A stretch of DNA of 64,000 bases from the human T2T-CHM13v2.0 reference genome, Homo sapiens, in the NCBI RefSeq assembly GCF_009914755.1, contig NC_060933.1. One strand, given 5' to 3'. Under the pieces are notes generated by a model. It was given only the letters and a program-made list of their open reading frames with translations. It was not told where the DNA came from and made no database searches. This document shows, in pieces, positions 52,081-64,000 of this stretch. Every line of letters starts with the position of its first letter. The first letter of the stretch is position 1. Both the position numbers and the translations under genes were made by a program.

Positions 52081-52565
52081 AAACAGATATGCAATATAAT
52101 ATGAGAATAAATAGATGCTATATAAATTCCTATTTATTAGTATCATTTTCTCCTTTTGGAAGTGTGTATAATTATCTCCAGTAAGAACGGTTCAGTTCTT
52201 ATGATATGTGATTTTGCCCTATTCATTCTTAATTTTTATGATGATTGTTAACTTGTTGCAGAATACAAAAACTGGGGAATTGTAGTTTTTCCTTTCGATT
52301 TAGGATAATAATTAATATAAAGAATATCTCTCCTTTTCCATACTCTTGACCAACAGAAAATTATGGCTGGCCTTTTTTATTAATAGGAAGTCTTATTTAA
52401 ACAATTTCCAAAGTGGTTCCACATTTTTATTAAAACCTGAACTACTGTTTGAACATATGCATCCCTAATTTATTTCCAAACTTTGATCTTCTGAACCATT
52501 TAAATCAACTACCTACCCCATTACATTAAAGCAAATATACAACACAAATGTTAACATTTACTCAC

Positions 52566-52757
52566 CTTGGTTTCAACATCATTGTCTGAAAAGGGGTGGG
52601 ACTCTCTAGAAAAGGCTTCCAGGAATGAGGTATTTGGGGACATAACAAGCCTAAACTAGCCTGTTGGGCTGCCTGACAATGCATACAGCTAACCCATCCC
52701 TTCATCTGTTTGTATGTGTGGGAGTAGCAGAACTTTTTGTAATTATGTATTGACAGC
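52566..52757 (-). pseudogene. Candidate exon C (192 nt, phase 2-2), fully open
   Basis: ctgac...tacttttcaattacttctaag| and perfect donor aag|gtgagt; LSIHNYKKFCYSHTYKQMKGWVSCMHCQAAQQASLGLLCPQIPHSWKPFLESPTPFQTMMLKP. Confidence 0.5.
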
Positions 52758-53359
52758 CTTAGAAGTAATTGAAAAGTACAGAATTTCGAAGTCAGGCCCA
52801 CATTTAAACTGACAAATACACTTGACCACTCCGCTTCATTTTTTTCATCGTTAATAGAAATAATTATGCTTTTGAGGTGAAAAGTATTGATCAGTGGAAG
52901 ATTTTCTTGTATAAGAGGAAGGGAAAGCCATAAAGAGTAACTAGAAGAAATAGATCACGTTAACTTAAATTCAAGAGAGACTGGAAACACAGCAAGATCA
53001 TGGGGCGAGAATGACATTCTGAGGAGAGAAGAGCTTTAAAAAATGGACAAAAAACCCGAGAAAAAAAATCATGAAATGGTTTTTATTTCACTAATCAGAA
53101 AAGTGACAGAAGTCCAGATCATAGCAGGACTCTAATCAGGTAAATTCAAAGAACATTCTCAAAACTGCCCTGTAAATTCCTAATTTCAGGCACAGAGGTA
53201 TATGTGCCTTATGATTAGAGAAAAATAGTTAAATAAAGTAAACAACTTTTAGAGTACAGGGCAACAAATGTCTTTTTAGATTTGTACTAGAGAACCATTT
53301 GGAGAAGATTTTCGCTAATATTTGGGCCACAAAGAGTATTCTCCATATTGTAATATCTG

Positions 53360-53540
53360 ATATTTACTGAATACTTATCATATGTCAGGGACAGTTAGCT
53401 CTAAGTTATTTGCATGTGTTAAGTTATTTAATTCTAATAATAACCCCTTGAATAAATATAATCCCCCTTTTGCATACGAGGAATCTGAGATAAAGAGAAA
53501 CTAAGTAAATTGTCCAAGGTCACCTAGCCTGTCTGTGGAT
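53360..53540 (-). mobile_element. MIR
   Basis: atttactgaatacttatcatatgtcaggg...ttttgcatacgaggaatctgaga...taagtaaattgtccaaggtcac. Confidence 0.75.
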
Positions 53541-55122
53541 ACTTAATATTTGATGAAAATAATATTGATGTATACAGAATATAAAAGAAAATTTTTCTAA
53601 ACTGTAAGTTTTTCTATAATCTACCAAGTCATTTTCCTTTTGGTTTCCTTAGAAAAAAAATAAAATCACTAATGATCATCTCTATATGAAATTTGAGCTA
53701 TCTTTTACAGAAAATGTATTTTTATTGAAATTTCTATTACTTGTAAAAATGAATTATACATGTACTGACAGAAAATGGGCCTTTCAATCCTCTTAATAAA
53801 AATAAAATAAAGTAGTAGAAACATTCCATTCTTCAAAACCAATAGCCAGCGTCATTTTACCTTATAAATAAACTCAATCTTTGCAATTAATTTTTCCTCA
53901 GGTGGAAAACATTTCCAACTTTTTGACCCCAAGTACTTTAATAAAGTGTCTAGCTTTCCCTGTTTTCCTCCCCATTTTTTCTTCCTAACTTCACAGACTA
54001 GTCTAGGACAGGAATCATGGTAAACATGTTGGTATTGCTATCAAAAAAGACCATGAACCATAAGGTGAACAGACATTCTTTTTGTTTTACCAATTAGCTA
54101 GGATTTTTAGGATTTTCAACTAGTTAGAATGTATAAAAGGCAAACTAATTTACACAGCTTTCTATTTATAGTTTTTATATATCAGCATATTATAGAACAT
54201 CACTACACAGATATAGACATACTGCAGATGGAGTTCCATCTGTTTAGCCTAATTTTGGTACATGCTTAAGAACAAAGCCCAGGCATCAACCCTCTACGTT
54301 GCTGCTGCCTTAAAAACTCACTGCATTTCAACATTATAGACTATGAATGTTTTCCTTGCCTTGAATATCATTTTCTTTTCCTTGAAAATTGATTGTTTTG
54401 CTGGAAGATTTGCCTGTAATGCAATGTGTTATTTTTGACAAGTATTGCCTGTTACATCTTTTATATTAATTTTAATTGTAAATTTATTCATTAAAATGCT
54501 TCTTGTTTGCACTAAAATTCCAAAAAATATATTGTTTTAAGTCAACACAATGAATGCATAAATGTTGTCTTACTAATACTTTTGTTACTTTAACTATCTT
54601 TTTTACCAAGAGCCTTTTAGTACTGACTAAATTGACATGGCATTGCCTTAAAAATACAATGGCAAAAAGGTAGCTTAAATCTACAGGACGCATTAGCACA
54701 AACTACGCAAGCAGGACACACGTGTCATGCTCTATTGTCTTGAGAAGCAGAACCTAATGTCAGGATGGATGATTTATACGCTCCCTCTGCAATCTCTTCC
54801 ACCATCTTTTCAAAGTGGGTTAGAACAACAACAAACAAAACAAAACATAAATGACAGATGAAATTAAGAAAATGCTGCCATCATTGCCTCCACTGGAATG
54901 CCTACAGTTTAGGGGAATAAACTCATGGTTCAGAAATGAAGTCTCTGTATCACCTATGTCCCTCCTAGTAGTACATTTACAGCAACACACCAGTTATCTG
55001 TTGTGCAATAAAATATGCTATATTGGAGGAGAGGGAGTATAAGAACATATATAATATAGGTCTGCAATTGCTTTTACATAGAATAAACAATGTTTAACTT
55101 TTCCAGCCTACAGCGTTCTTAC

Positions 55123-55338
55123 TTTATGAGTAATAATTCTACAGACACACTTCTGTTCATCTGAGAATAGTCTGTTCTAAAGTATTCTTTACTTGAATTG
55201 ATGAGAATTATAATCTCTTTCAATCTTTCCTTCCATCTTTCTGCCTCAATCTCTTTTAACCCATACTCTTCCTCATATAGAGAATCTTTTGAGTACTTTT
55301 GCCTCGCCAATGAAGAAACAGTTATTTGATATTCCCAG
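55123..55338 (-). pseudogene. Candidate exon B (216 nt, phase 2-2), fully open
   Basis: ctgataatctttccacag| and aaa|gtaaga; WEYQITVSSLARQKYSKDSLYEEEYGLKEIEAERWKERLKEIIILINSSKEYFRTDYSQMNRSVSVELLLI. Confidence 0.55.
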
Positions 55339-55951
55339 CTGTGGAAAGATTATCAGTTTCCTCCTCCCATCACACAGCCATATGTACACACACACATGCA
55401 TGTACAGTATTCTTTTTGAGCTACCATTTGGAAGAAATTTCAGAGTCATTGAATCCCTCCTCCTTTTTTTCCCCCCTTATCTTGCAAGGTATATGAAAAG
55501 GTCTGAGTTTAAAAGCTTCAGTCAGGGAGATTTAATTTTGAGTGAGATAGCTGAAACTCTCAAAGGAGCCACCAGCCAAGCAGCTGTAACAAATCAGCGT
55601 TACAGGTGGTGATCTACACCTAGAACTTCCTGGTGGAGTTGATCACTGTCCTCACAGGTATACATCTCTCTAACAGCCTTGCACCCAACAATTTCAGTCA
55701 AACAGTACAGGGCCATAAAAACAGAATGGAATTTGAGATCACAGAATCCTGTTTTGAATCGTGGGTTTGAGAAGTGTCTGTTCTGTTTTGTTAACCTGCT
55801 TAGATATGTAAACCCTGTCTTTGCTCATGTCTAAACTTGATTCCCCTACTTTCTGCAACACCCTTCCTGTTGTCCTTGCACCTTTATTTCCGGAGCTAAC
55901 TCTTAATCATGCTGTGTGTTGTATAACGTTAGTACATACACAAACACATGG

Positions 55952-56419
55952 TATATTAGTCAAGGTTCTCCAGATGGACACAACTAATAGGATAGATACA
56001 CATATCTATAAAGGGGAGTTTATTAAGTATTAACTTACATGATTGCAAGGTCCCACAATGGTCTGTATGCAAGCTTGAGGAGCAAGGAGAGACAGTCTGA
56101 GTCTCAAAACTGAAGAACTTGGAGTCTGATGTTCAAGGGCAGGAAGCATCCAGCACAGGAGAAAAGATGTAGGCCCGGGGGCTAGGCCAGTCTCTCCATT
56201 TCACATTTTTCTGCCTGCTTTATATTCTCTGGCAACTGATTAGATTGTGCCCACCAGATCAAGGGTGGACCTGTCTTCCTCAGCCCACTGACTCAAATGT
56301 GAATCCCTTCACTGACTCAAATGTTAATCTCTTTCGGCAACACCCTCACAGACACACAGAGCATCAATGCTTTGTATCCTTCAATCCAGTCAAGTTAACA
56401 CTCAGTATCAACCATCACA
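55952..56419 (-). mobile_element. MLT2A solo LTR (HERV-L) with 5-bp TSD CATGG
   Basis: tattagtcaaggttctccag...aacttggagtctgatgttcaagggcaggaagc...caaccatcaca; catgg on both sides; internal 24-bp tandem duplication cactgactcaaatgt. Confidence 0.9.
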
Positions 56420-57686
56420 CATGGGATTTTAAACAAATACAAAGTTATGTTTATGTCACATTTAGTAGATTTTTACAGTACTTTCTCTCTACTTCCCATT
56501 TTTCTCCTATATATGGCTTTCACAGTAAGGGTTCCAGGTTTTTGTTTGTCCATTTTTTCACCAGTATATTAATCAAACACTTCATATTTACTTAAATAAT
56601 TAAATTAATAACTTTATTATATATTCTTGACATATGGTGATGTTATTTCTAAATTACCTATTATGCTTTGCTGATATATACTTTTCTTTTATCAATAATA
56701 TGGTACATTTTCTAAAGCCTCAGTTTAATGAGATTAACAAATATATGTCAAGCATTTCATCCAATTTCTCAATGAAGTAGTAATTTATCTTAAAATCTAA
56801 ATATAGTTGTATTATTGTATATAGTTACATAAAATATATAAAGAAAATCACCAATAGGAATTAAAAAGAAGGAAAGAAATTACTGTGCAAAAGTAGCATG
56901 TTTATAAACATTTTTGATAGACTGAATAGACATATATAAACAAGAATGCTTCTACTGTTAATGCAAAAAATATATATAATTTCTTTACCCTAACAAACAT
57001 AACAAGGTAGATAACCAAAACAATATTAATTGTATTTAAATTTCTGAAAGCTTTAAGAATTTAAACAAACTTAAACAAATTAAAATCCAGAAAATGATCC
57101 CCTTCTAGGGCAGAAGAGACCCACTGCTGCTTTTTTTCCCTGGGCAGAACAGTGAAAAAGGAAGAAGTTGACATTATTAGGAACGAGGAGAAACCAGCTG
57201 AATATTTTCTATAACTTTTTAAGACTATGTGTGGACTAGCATGAGTGTTAACATTCTAGGGAAGTCTGAAAGGCAAAAGAAATTTCTACCCACCCATCAC
57301 CAATTTCCCACAGTCCTTCCTCATATACTCATAAGGAAAATAAGAAGGGTTCATCAAGGTAGGCAAGAAAGACCCATCCAAGCACCGCAGGTCCTGGAAA
57401 GTAGAAAGAGGCCACGAATGCCTAGGAGAGAATTGCATCATTTATATAATTGCTATACTATGTATAATTTATATGAACATAACATTTATATGTACATATA
57501 TCTGTGTGTGTGTAAAAAATGCAAAATAATTGCTTCTAATCACGAGCAACCTGATTGCCTACAGAAAAATCCTAAGAGATCTACAGAAAGTATTTTAATA
57601 CTAGCAGTATTAATTAGTAGCAAGTGGTATTCTAGCAGTAGAACTGAGGTAATTAAGGAAAGTGCAAGGTACAAAGTCAGTACAAA

Positions 57687-58257
57687 TGGAGTAGAAAATT
57701 TTCCCTGATCCCTTTTCAGGTGGAAACTGGAGTGCAGGCGCTGGGGCTAGCCAGCTGCTTTGGTGCTGACAGGGGCAAACTCCACTTATTGGAACCCATT
57801 GTACTCAACCTCTCATGGGAGAGAGGATGCAGGTGAGTGGGAAAAACCAGGTCGCAAGAACAAATTGAAAGGTGGTGAATTTGGAGAAATTCATTTCCGA
57901 TGAAAGTGGCTCTCAGCAGGCAGGAGAGCTGAAAGGTGATGGAGTGGGAAGCCACACCGTCAAGCCATCCCTCTGAAGTCGAGCTGCTTCTCTCCAACAT
58001 TAAGCCATGGTCTCCCACATCCATCTGCTTCTCCTCTTCTCTTTCTCTCCTGTCTCTGTGGGCAGAGCCTGGGGGTTTTATGGGCACAGGAAGAAGGAGC
58101 AAGGCAGACCAAGGGGGTTTTCAAAAAGGCAAAATTCAAGCAGGAAAACAGGAATGTATGTTCTCTCTTTCGGCCTCAGTTCATGGCTTGAAGGTGAGAC
58201 CCTTGCTGGGGACCTGCCCTTTTCTGCCCTGAATTTCCCTGCCTCCTGTTCCTATTA
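57687..58257 (-). mobile_element. ERV1 solo LTR of the MER50/LTR27-29 group
   Basis: Minus strand ggaacaggaggcagggaaattcagggcagaaaagggc...agaagcagctcgacttcagagggatggcttgacgg...ggatcagggaaaatttt. Confidence 0.7.
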
Positions 58258-58358
58258 CTAACAGTCAGATGTGTATTTATATGTTGATAGCAAACAAATG
58301 GAGAATAAAACAAATTTTAAATACTAGTAACAAGTAAATAAAAAACAGTATCTATATA

Positions 58359-58408
58359 TTAACACCAAATTGTGCAAATCCTCTTAACACCAAAATGTGC
58401 AAATCCTC
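58359..58408. repeat. 25-bp tandem duplication
   Basis: ttaacaccaaa(t/a)tgtgcaaatcctc x2. Confidence 0.9.
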
Positions 58409-58537
58409 TCTTTTAAAGACTACCATACATTGCTGAAAGAAAAATCAAAATACCTAAATAGCTTGCTCTCAAGCTATTTTTGTTCAATGAACAAAAAATT
58501 CAATATTGTTAAGATGGCAATTCACCCAAGTTGATAT

Positions 58538-58882
58538 ACAATCATCCCTCACTATCTGTGGGGGATTGATTCCAGAACACCCTCAGATACCCAAATCTAT
58601 CAATATTCAAGATCCTTATATATAATTCTGTAGTATTTGCATATAACCTACACAAAATCCTCCTATATAATTTAAATCACCTCTAAATTACTTGTAATAC
58701 CTAATAAAATATAAATGCCACAAAAATATTTGTGATACTATATTGTTTAAGGAATAATGACAAGGGAAAAAAGTCTGTATATGTTCAGTACAGATGCAAA
58801 CATTTGTTTTTTTTTTCTGAATATTTTTGATCCTTGTTGAATCCATGGATGTAAAACCCATGGGTATGGGGGAGCTGACTGT
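58538..58882 (+). mobile_element. MER2
   Basis: caatcatccctcactatctgtgggggattgattccag...gtagtatttgcatataacctacac...ggagctgactgta. Confidence 0.9.
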
Positions 58883-59256
58883 ATTAATTGCCTATAATCT
58901 CAATCAAAACAGAAGCAGTCTTTCTCAATGAAAGAATAATCTTAAAACATATGTGGGTAATTGGATACTTGAGAATACCCAAAGCGATTTTTAAAAAGAA
59001 GAATAAATGTTTAAAGCAGGAAAGAAGTTTTCAAAATATATCTCTGCAACACTGGTTCAACAACATAGTCTACAGAAAAGTAAGGATTAGTAGTCAACCC
59101 AGTGTGGTAAAAGTAGTATACTGTAAGTTGCATTTTTAGAAAAAATGTGCAGTGCACACTAACATTGTCTATAGGAGTAAGGCAGTAAATATTATAGGAT
59201 TTAATCCATGTTTCCCAGACTTAATTGACTACAGAAACTCTTTTCTATTCACTTAC

Positions 59257-59324
59257 CTCCTCTTAACACTCTTTGAAAGTTAAATTGAATATTCTTTGAG
59301 AATAAGTGCTGTATATCTCTATAA
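59257..59324 (-). pseudogene. Candidate exon A2 (68 nt)
   Basis: Strong acceptor tcttgtctttttctcag| and perfect donor gag|gtaagt; single open frame YRDIQHLFSKNIQFNFQRVLRG. Confidence 0.5.
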
Positions 59325-59714
59325 CTGAGAAAAAGACAAGATAATGGCAAAGATAATATGTATATTAAAATATTTCATAATGCTGAAATAAGCTACCAAA
59401 GTCAATGTGGTTTTCTTTAATACCATAATTATAGTATTTTGACTTTTGCATATGAGCAACACATGATTAAATCTGATGAAGTGATAATTGGCTGAAAATC
59501 TAGTTTTCATCCACTGGCCACAAAACTAGACTAAAAATATGGTTGAATCACATTGACCCTCAAGAATTACATTTATCAAAGAAATAGCAGAAATGAAATT
59601 TCTGCATTCTAGTAAAGAAATAACTTCTTAATAACTATGATCAGGGTGTTTGTGGCTATTCATTGAGTGAGCTTAGCAATAGACCAGGAGTCTTTATGTT
59701 ACATAAAAGGTCAC

Positions 59715-60056
59715 TGTGATAGTTAATTTTGTGTGTCAACTTGACTAGGCTGTCTTAGATATTTGATCATACACATCTGGATGTTGCTGTGAAAATATTT
59801 AATAGATTGATAACATTTAAATCAATAGACTTCAAGTAATACAGCTTAATCATTCATAATGTGGACAAGTCTTGTTCGATTATTTGAAAGTTTTCATAGA
59901 AAAAGAATGACTTCTCCAGAAAAAGAAGGAATTCTGCCAGCAGAGTGCCTCTGGAGTTAACACTATAACTCTTCTTGAGTTTCCAGCTTGCTGGCTTACC
60001 TTTCTTGGACTTGCCAGCCTCTACAGTTATGCGAGCCCATTCCTTAAAATCAGCCT

Positions 60057-60095
<39 letters not shown>

Positions 60096-60160
60096 GTGTC
60101 TCTCTCTCTCTTTCTCTTTATGTATGTGCTATTTTTCTTTGGATATCCTTGTCTACTACA
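59715..60160 (+). mobile_element. MLT2 (C/D-like) LTR with (TC)n at ~60055-60118
   Basis: tgtgatagttaattttgtgtgtcaacttgactaggc...aaagaaggaattctgccagcag...ggacttgccagcctctaca. Confidence 0.85.
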
Positions 60161-61218
60161 GCACATATTTCCACTCATATAAAAAAACTATTCTTCCTTT
60201 TAATAAATGTATAAGATGCAAAATTCTTTTGAATGTATTATGTAGAGAAATGCTATTCATCACTCCACTGAAGTCACTTTGTGCATCTGCTCTGAAACCC
60301 AAGATAATGTACTTCTTAGGCACTAATGAAAAAATAGAAAGCATGCATTAAATAATGTTCTAAATGTGACCATTCATAAAAGCTTGTCATTCTGATACTA
60401 GACAATGGATATTTCAGCAAGAAATTGCATTTTGAAATTCATCTGACTTAGGCAACAATTTATCTCTCACCGTGAAAGAGAGAGCAGCAGCATATTTTAA
60501 GGAGTTTTTCTTAGAAAACAGTTGCTTTACAGCCTTTGAGTAAATGCCTTTGATGAATGAGCTCAAAGTATTGGACATTGTATTCTACTCTCTAAGCATC
60601 TGGTTAATCCCACTGTGATGCAGTTTGACTCATTACAGTCAGTCAGGAACGCAAAGCTTTGTAACCATTCATTTGGTTAATTGTTCTGACTCACAAGGTA
60701 AGGTTTAGAGAAGAAAGAATGACCAAATTCAGTAGGTACTCTTTATGCCCTCGATTTCAAATCCTTTTTTTTTTTCCTGAGGAAAGAAAGAGTTCTTAGC
60801 TAAGTTTAAAAATATGTCTGGTTACTTAATGACCAAAATGCTCTTGGTTTATATGCCCATAAGAGAAGGATCTCTCATTTTTTTAACATCCCCAAATTTT
60901 GTCTTATTTTAATGTGTAATTATTTAGAAAGAATGCTTTGGTAGTATTTAAGAATAAAAGTAGAAAGAGAAACTGCCTGAAAATGAGAGAATACATGATT
61001 TTAAAAAGTAGTTTACATTAAATGGGGCACTCCAATCTGCAGTCTCAGTAGAGACACAGCAAACAATAAGAAATAAGATTGTGTTGGTACTACACATGGA
61101 GTTAGGAGAACATAACTTCCTATGAAATCCTTCCTGGCTAATTCAGGAAGTCATGGGAGGTGCCATCTCTTTCATCTGCTCCCCTCTGTCTTCTAGTTTT
61201 ACTTACTTTAATACTCAC

Positions 61219-61541
61219 AATTCCCTGCAAGCATGCTCTTCTGTGCTATTTATTTTTCCTATTTCCAATAATGGATGCATCGCTCAAGTTGGTTCTCTGA
61301 CATTTCGCTTAATCTTAAGTAGGTTATAATATTGAAGACCCAAATAGTCTTCAAGACCTTATATTGACCATATAAATATACTCTGTATAAAAAAGGCTAC
61401 ATATATTCTTATATCCAAAATTTCCCAGATTTCTGCATCCTAAATTCTCTGTTTCCATCTCCTCACATGGGCATTTAGTAATACAGGAACGAAACTCTCC
61501 TTCCACTTTTGAAATTATTGTTATTAGGGCTCTACAGATTT
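61219..61541 (-). pseudogene. Candidate exon A1 (323 nt), frameshifted
   Basis: Acceptor tattcttactttcctttag|, donor tt|gtgagt; ~60 open codons ICRALITIISKVEGEFRSCITKCPCEEMETENLGCRNLG..., ends ...KINSTEEHACRE in phase 2. Confidence 0.4.
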
Positions 61542-61564
61542 CTAAAGGAAAGTAAGAATATTTA

Positions 61565-62760
<1,196 letters not shown>

Positions 62761-63142
62761 TGATTTGATATGGCTCTGTGTCCCCACCCAAATCTCATCT
62801 TGATTTGTAATCCCTAAGTGTTGAGGGAGGGACCTGTAATCCTCACGTGTCAGGAGAGGAATGTGATTTGATTATGGGGGAAGTTTTCCCCATGCAATTC
62901 TTACAATAGTGAGTGAGTTCTCAGGAGACCTGTTGGTTTTATAAGGGGCTCTTCCCCCTTTGTTTTCTCCTCTCTCTCCTGCCACCTTTTGAAGAAGGTG
63001 TCTGCTTCCACTTCTGCCATGATTGTAAGTTTGCTGAGGGCTTCCCAGCCATGAAGAACTGTGAGTCAATTAAATTCTTCTCTTTATAAATTACCCAGTC
63101 TCAGTGAAGTTCTTCACAGCAGTGTGAAAACTGACTAATACA
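62761..63142 (+). mobile_element. THE1 (D-like) 5' LTR
   Basis: tggctctgtgtccccacccaaatctcatcttg...aactgtgagtcaattaaa...cagtgtgaaaactgactaataca. Confidence 0.92.
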
Positions 63143-64000
63143 GTAAATTAGTACCACAGAGAGTGGGGTACTACTATAAAGATAACCTGAAAATGTGGAA
63201 GTGACTTTGGAACTGGCAGAAGTTGGACTAGTTTGGAGGGCTCAGAAGAAGACAGGAAGGTGTGGGAAAGTTTGGAAATTTCTGGAGACTTGTGGAATGG
63301 TTTTGATCAACATGCTGATAGTAATGTGGACAATAAAGTCCAGACTGAGGTGATCTCAAATGGAGATGAAAAACTTCTTGGGAACTGGAGCAAAGGTCAC
63401 TCTTACTATTCTTAGCAAAGAGACTAGTGGCATTTTTTCCCTTCCCTTAGAGATCTGTGAAACTTTTAACTTGACAGAGATGATCTGAAATTGGAAGTTA
63501 TGTTTAAAAGGGAAGCAGAGCATAAAAATTTGGAAAATTTGCCACCTGACAATGTGATAGAAAAGAAAACCCCATTTTCTAGACAGAAATTCAAGCCAGC
63601 TGCAGAAATTTGCATAACTAATGAAGAGTGGAATGTTAATCACCAAGACAATGGTGAAAATATCTTCAGAACATGTCAGAGATGTTGGCGGCAGCCCCTC
63701 CCACCACAGGCCAGGTGGCCTAGGAGGAAAAAATGGTTTCCAGAGCCTGGCCCAGGGCCCTGCTGTAGTGTGCCCTGCATCCCAGATGCTCCAGCTCTGG
63801 CTATGGCTAAAAGGAGCCAAGGTACAGCTCAGACCATTGTTTCAGAGGGTGCAAACCCTAAGCCTCTGTGGCTTCAATGTGGTGCAGGGCCTGCAGGTGC
63901 ACAGAAGTTAAGGACTGAGGTTTAGGAACCTCAACCTAGATTTCAGAACATGTATGAAAATGCTTGGACATCCAGGCAGAAGTATGCTGCATGGGTAGAG
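63143..64000 (+). mobile_element. THE1 internal region (runs off the window)
   Basis: gtaaattagtacc...gaaaatgtggaagtgactttggaactgg; MaLR ORF remnants EGSEEDRKVWESLE, FKPAAEICITNEE. Confidence 0.92.

Larger units (their letters stand above)
56950..59010 (+). mobile_element. Old L1M fragments hosting an LTR and MER2
   Basis: ctacagaaaaatcctaagagatctacagaaa..., caatattgttaagatggcaattc, gaatacccaaagcgatttttaaaaagaagaataaa. Confidence 0.55.

Noticed and set aside
57229-58261. ORFs of 159, 128, 98 and 84 aa
   Set aside because: They span L1M fragments and an ERV1 LTR, so they are chance ORFs
61332-61354. 8-bp inverted repeat ttgaagac...gtcttcaa
   Set aside because: Short enough to arise by chance; no evidence for function
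63233-63925. Several ORFs of 60-154 aa
   Set aside because: THE1 internal-region remnants, ordinary for MaLR elements

Overview
AT-rich, repeat-dense primate (human-like) genomic DNA with no intact protein-coding gene that I recognise; most ORF-track entries are transposon-derived or spurious. Main contents: (1) an ancient, heavily decayed ERV-L-class gag-pro-pol body on the minus strand (~1.65-5.6 kb), split by an Alu and an MLT1 LTR; (2) a full-length ~7 kb L1PB with a 16-bp target-site duplication (TSD), a ~490-bp foreign insert in ORF2 and a micro-inversion; (3) a two-LTR, minus-strand HERV-K14 (HML-1)-type provirus whose centre is replaced by HERV-W leader/gag/pro/RNaseH sequence; (4) a 5'-inverted L1MA plus many Alu, MIR, L2, MaLR, MLT2, MER and THE1 copies; (5) a chain of about 7 exon-like segments on the minus strand (~44.8-61.5 kb) with canonical splice sites and largely matching phases. 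Some are fully open and others carry stops or frameshifts, so this is a candidate decayed multi-exon gene of a protein I cannot identify. Repeat subfamily names come from recalled consensus sequences, not from a search, and most boundaries are approximate.
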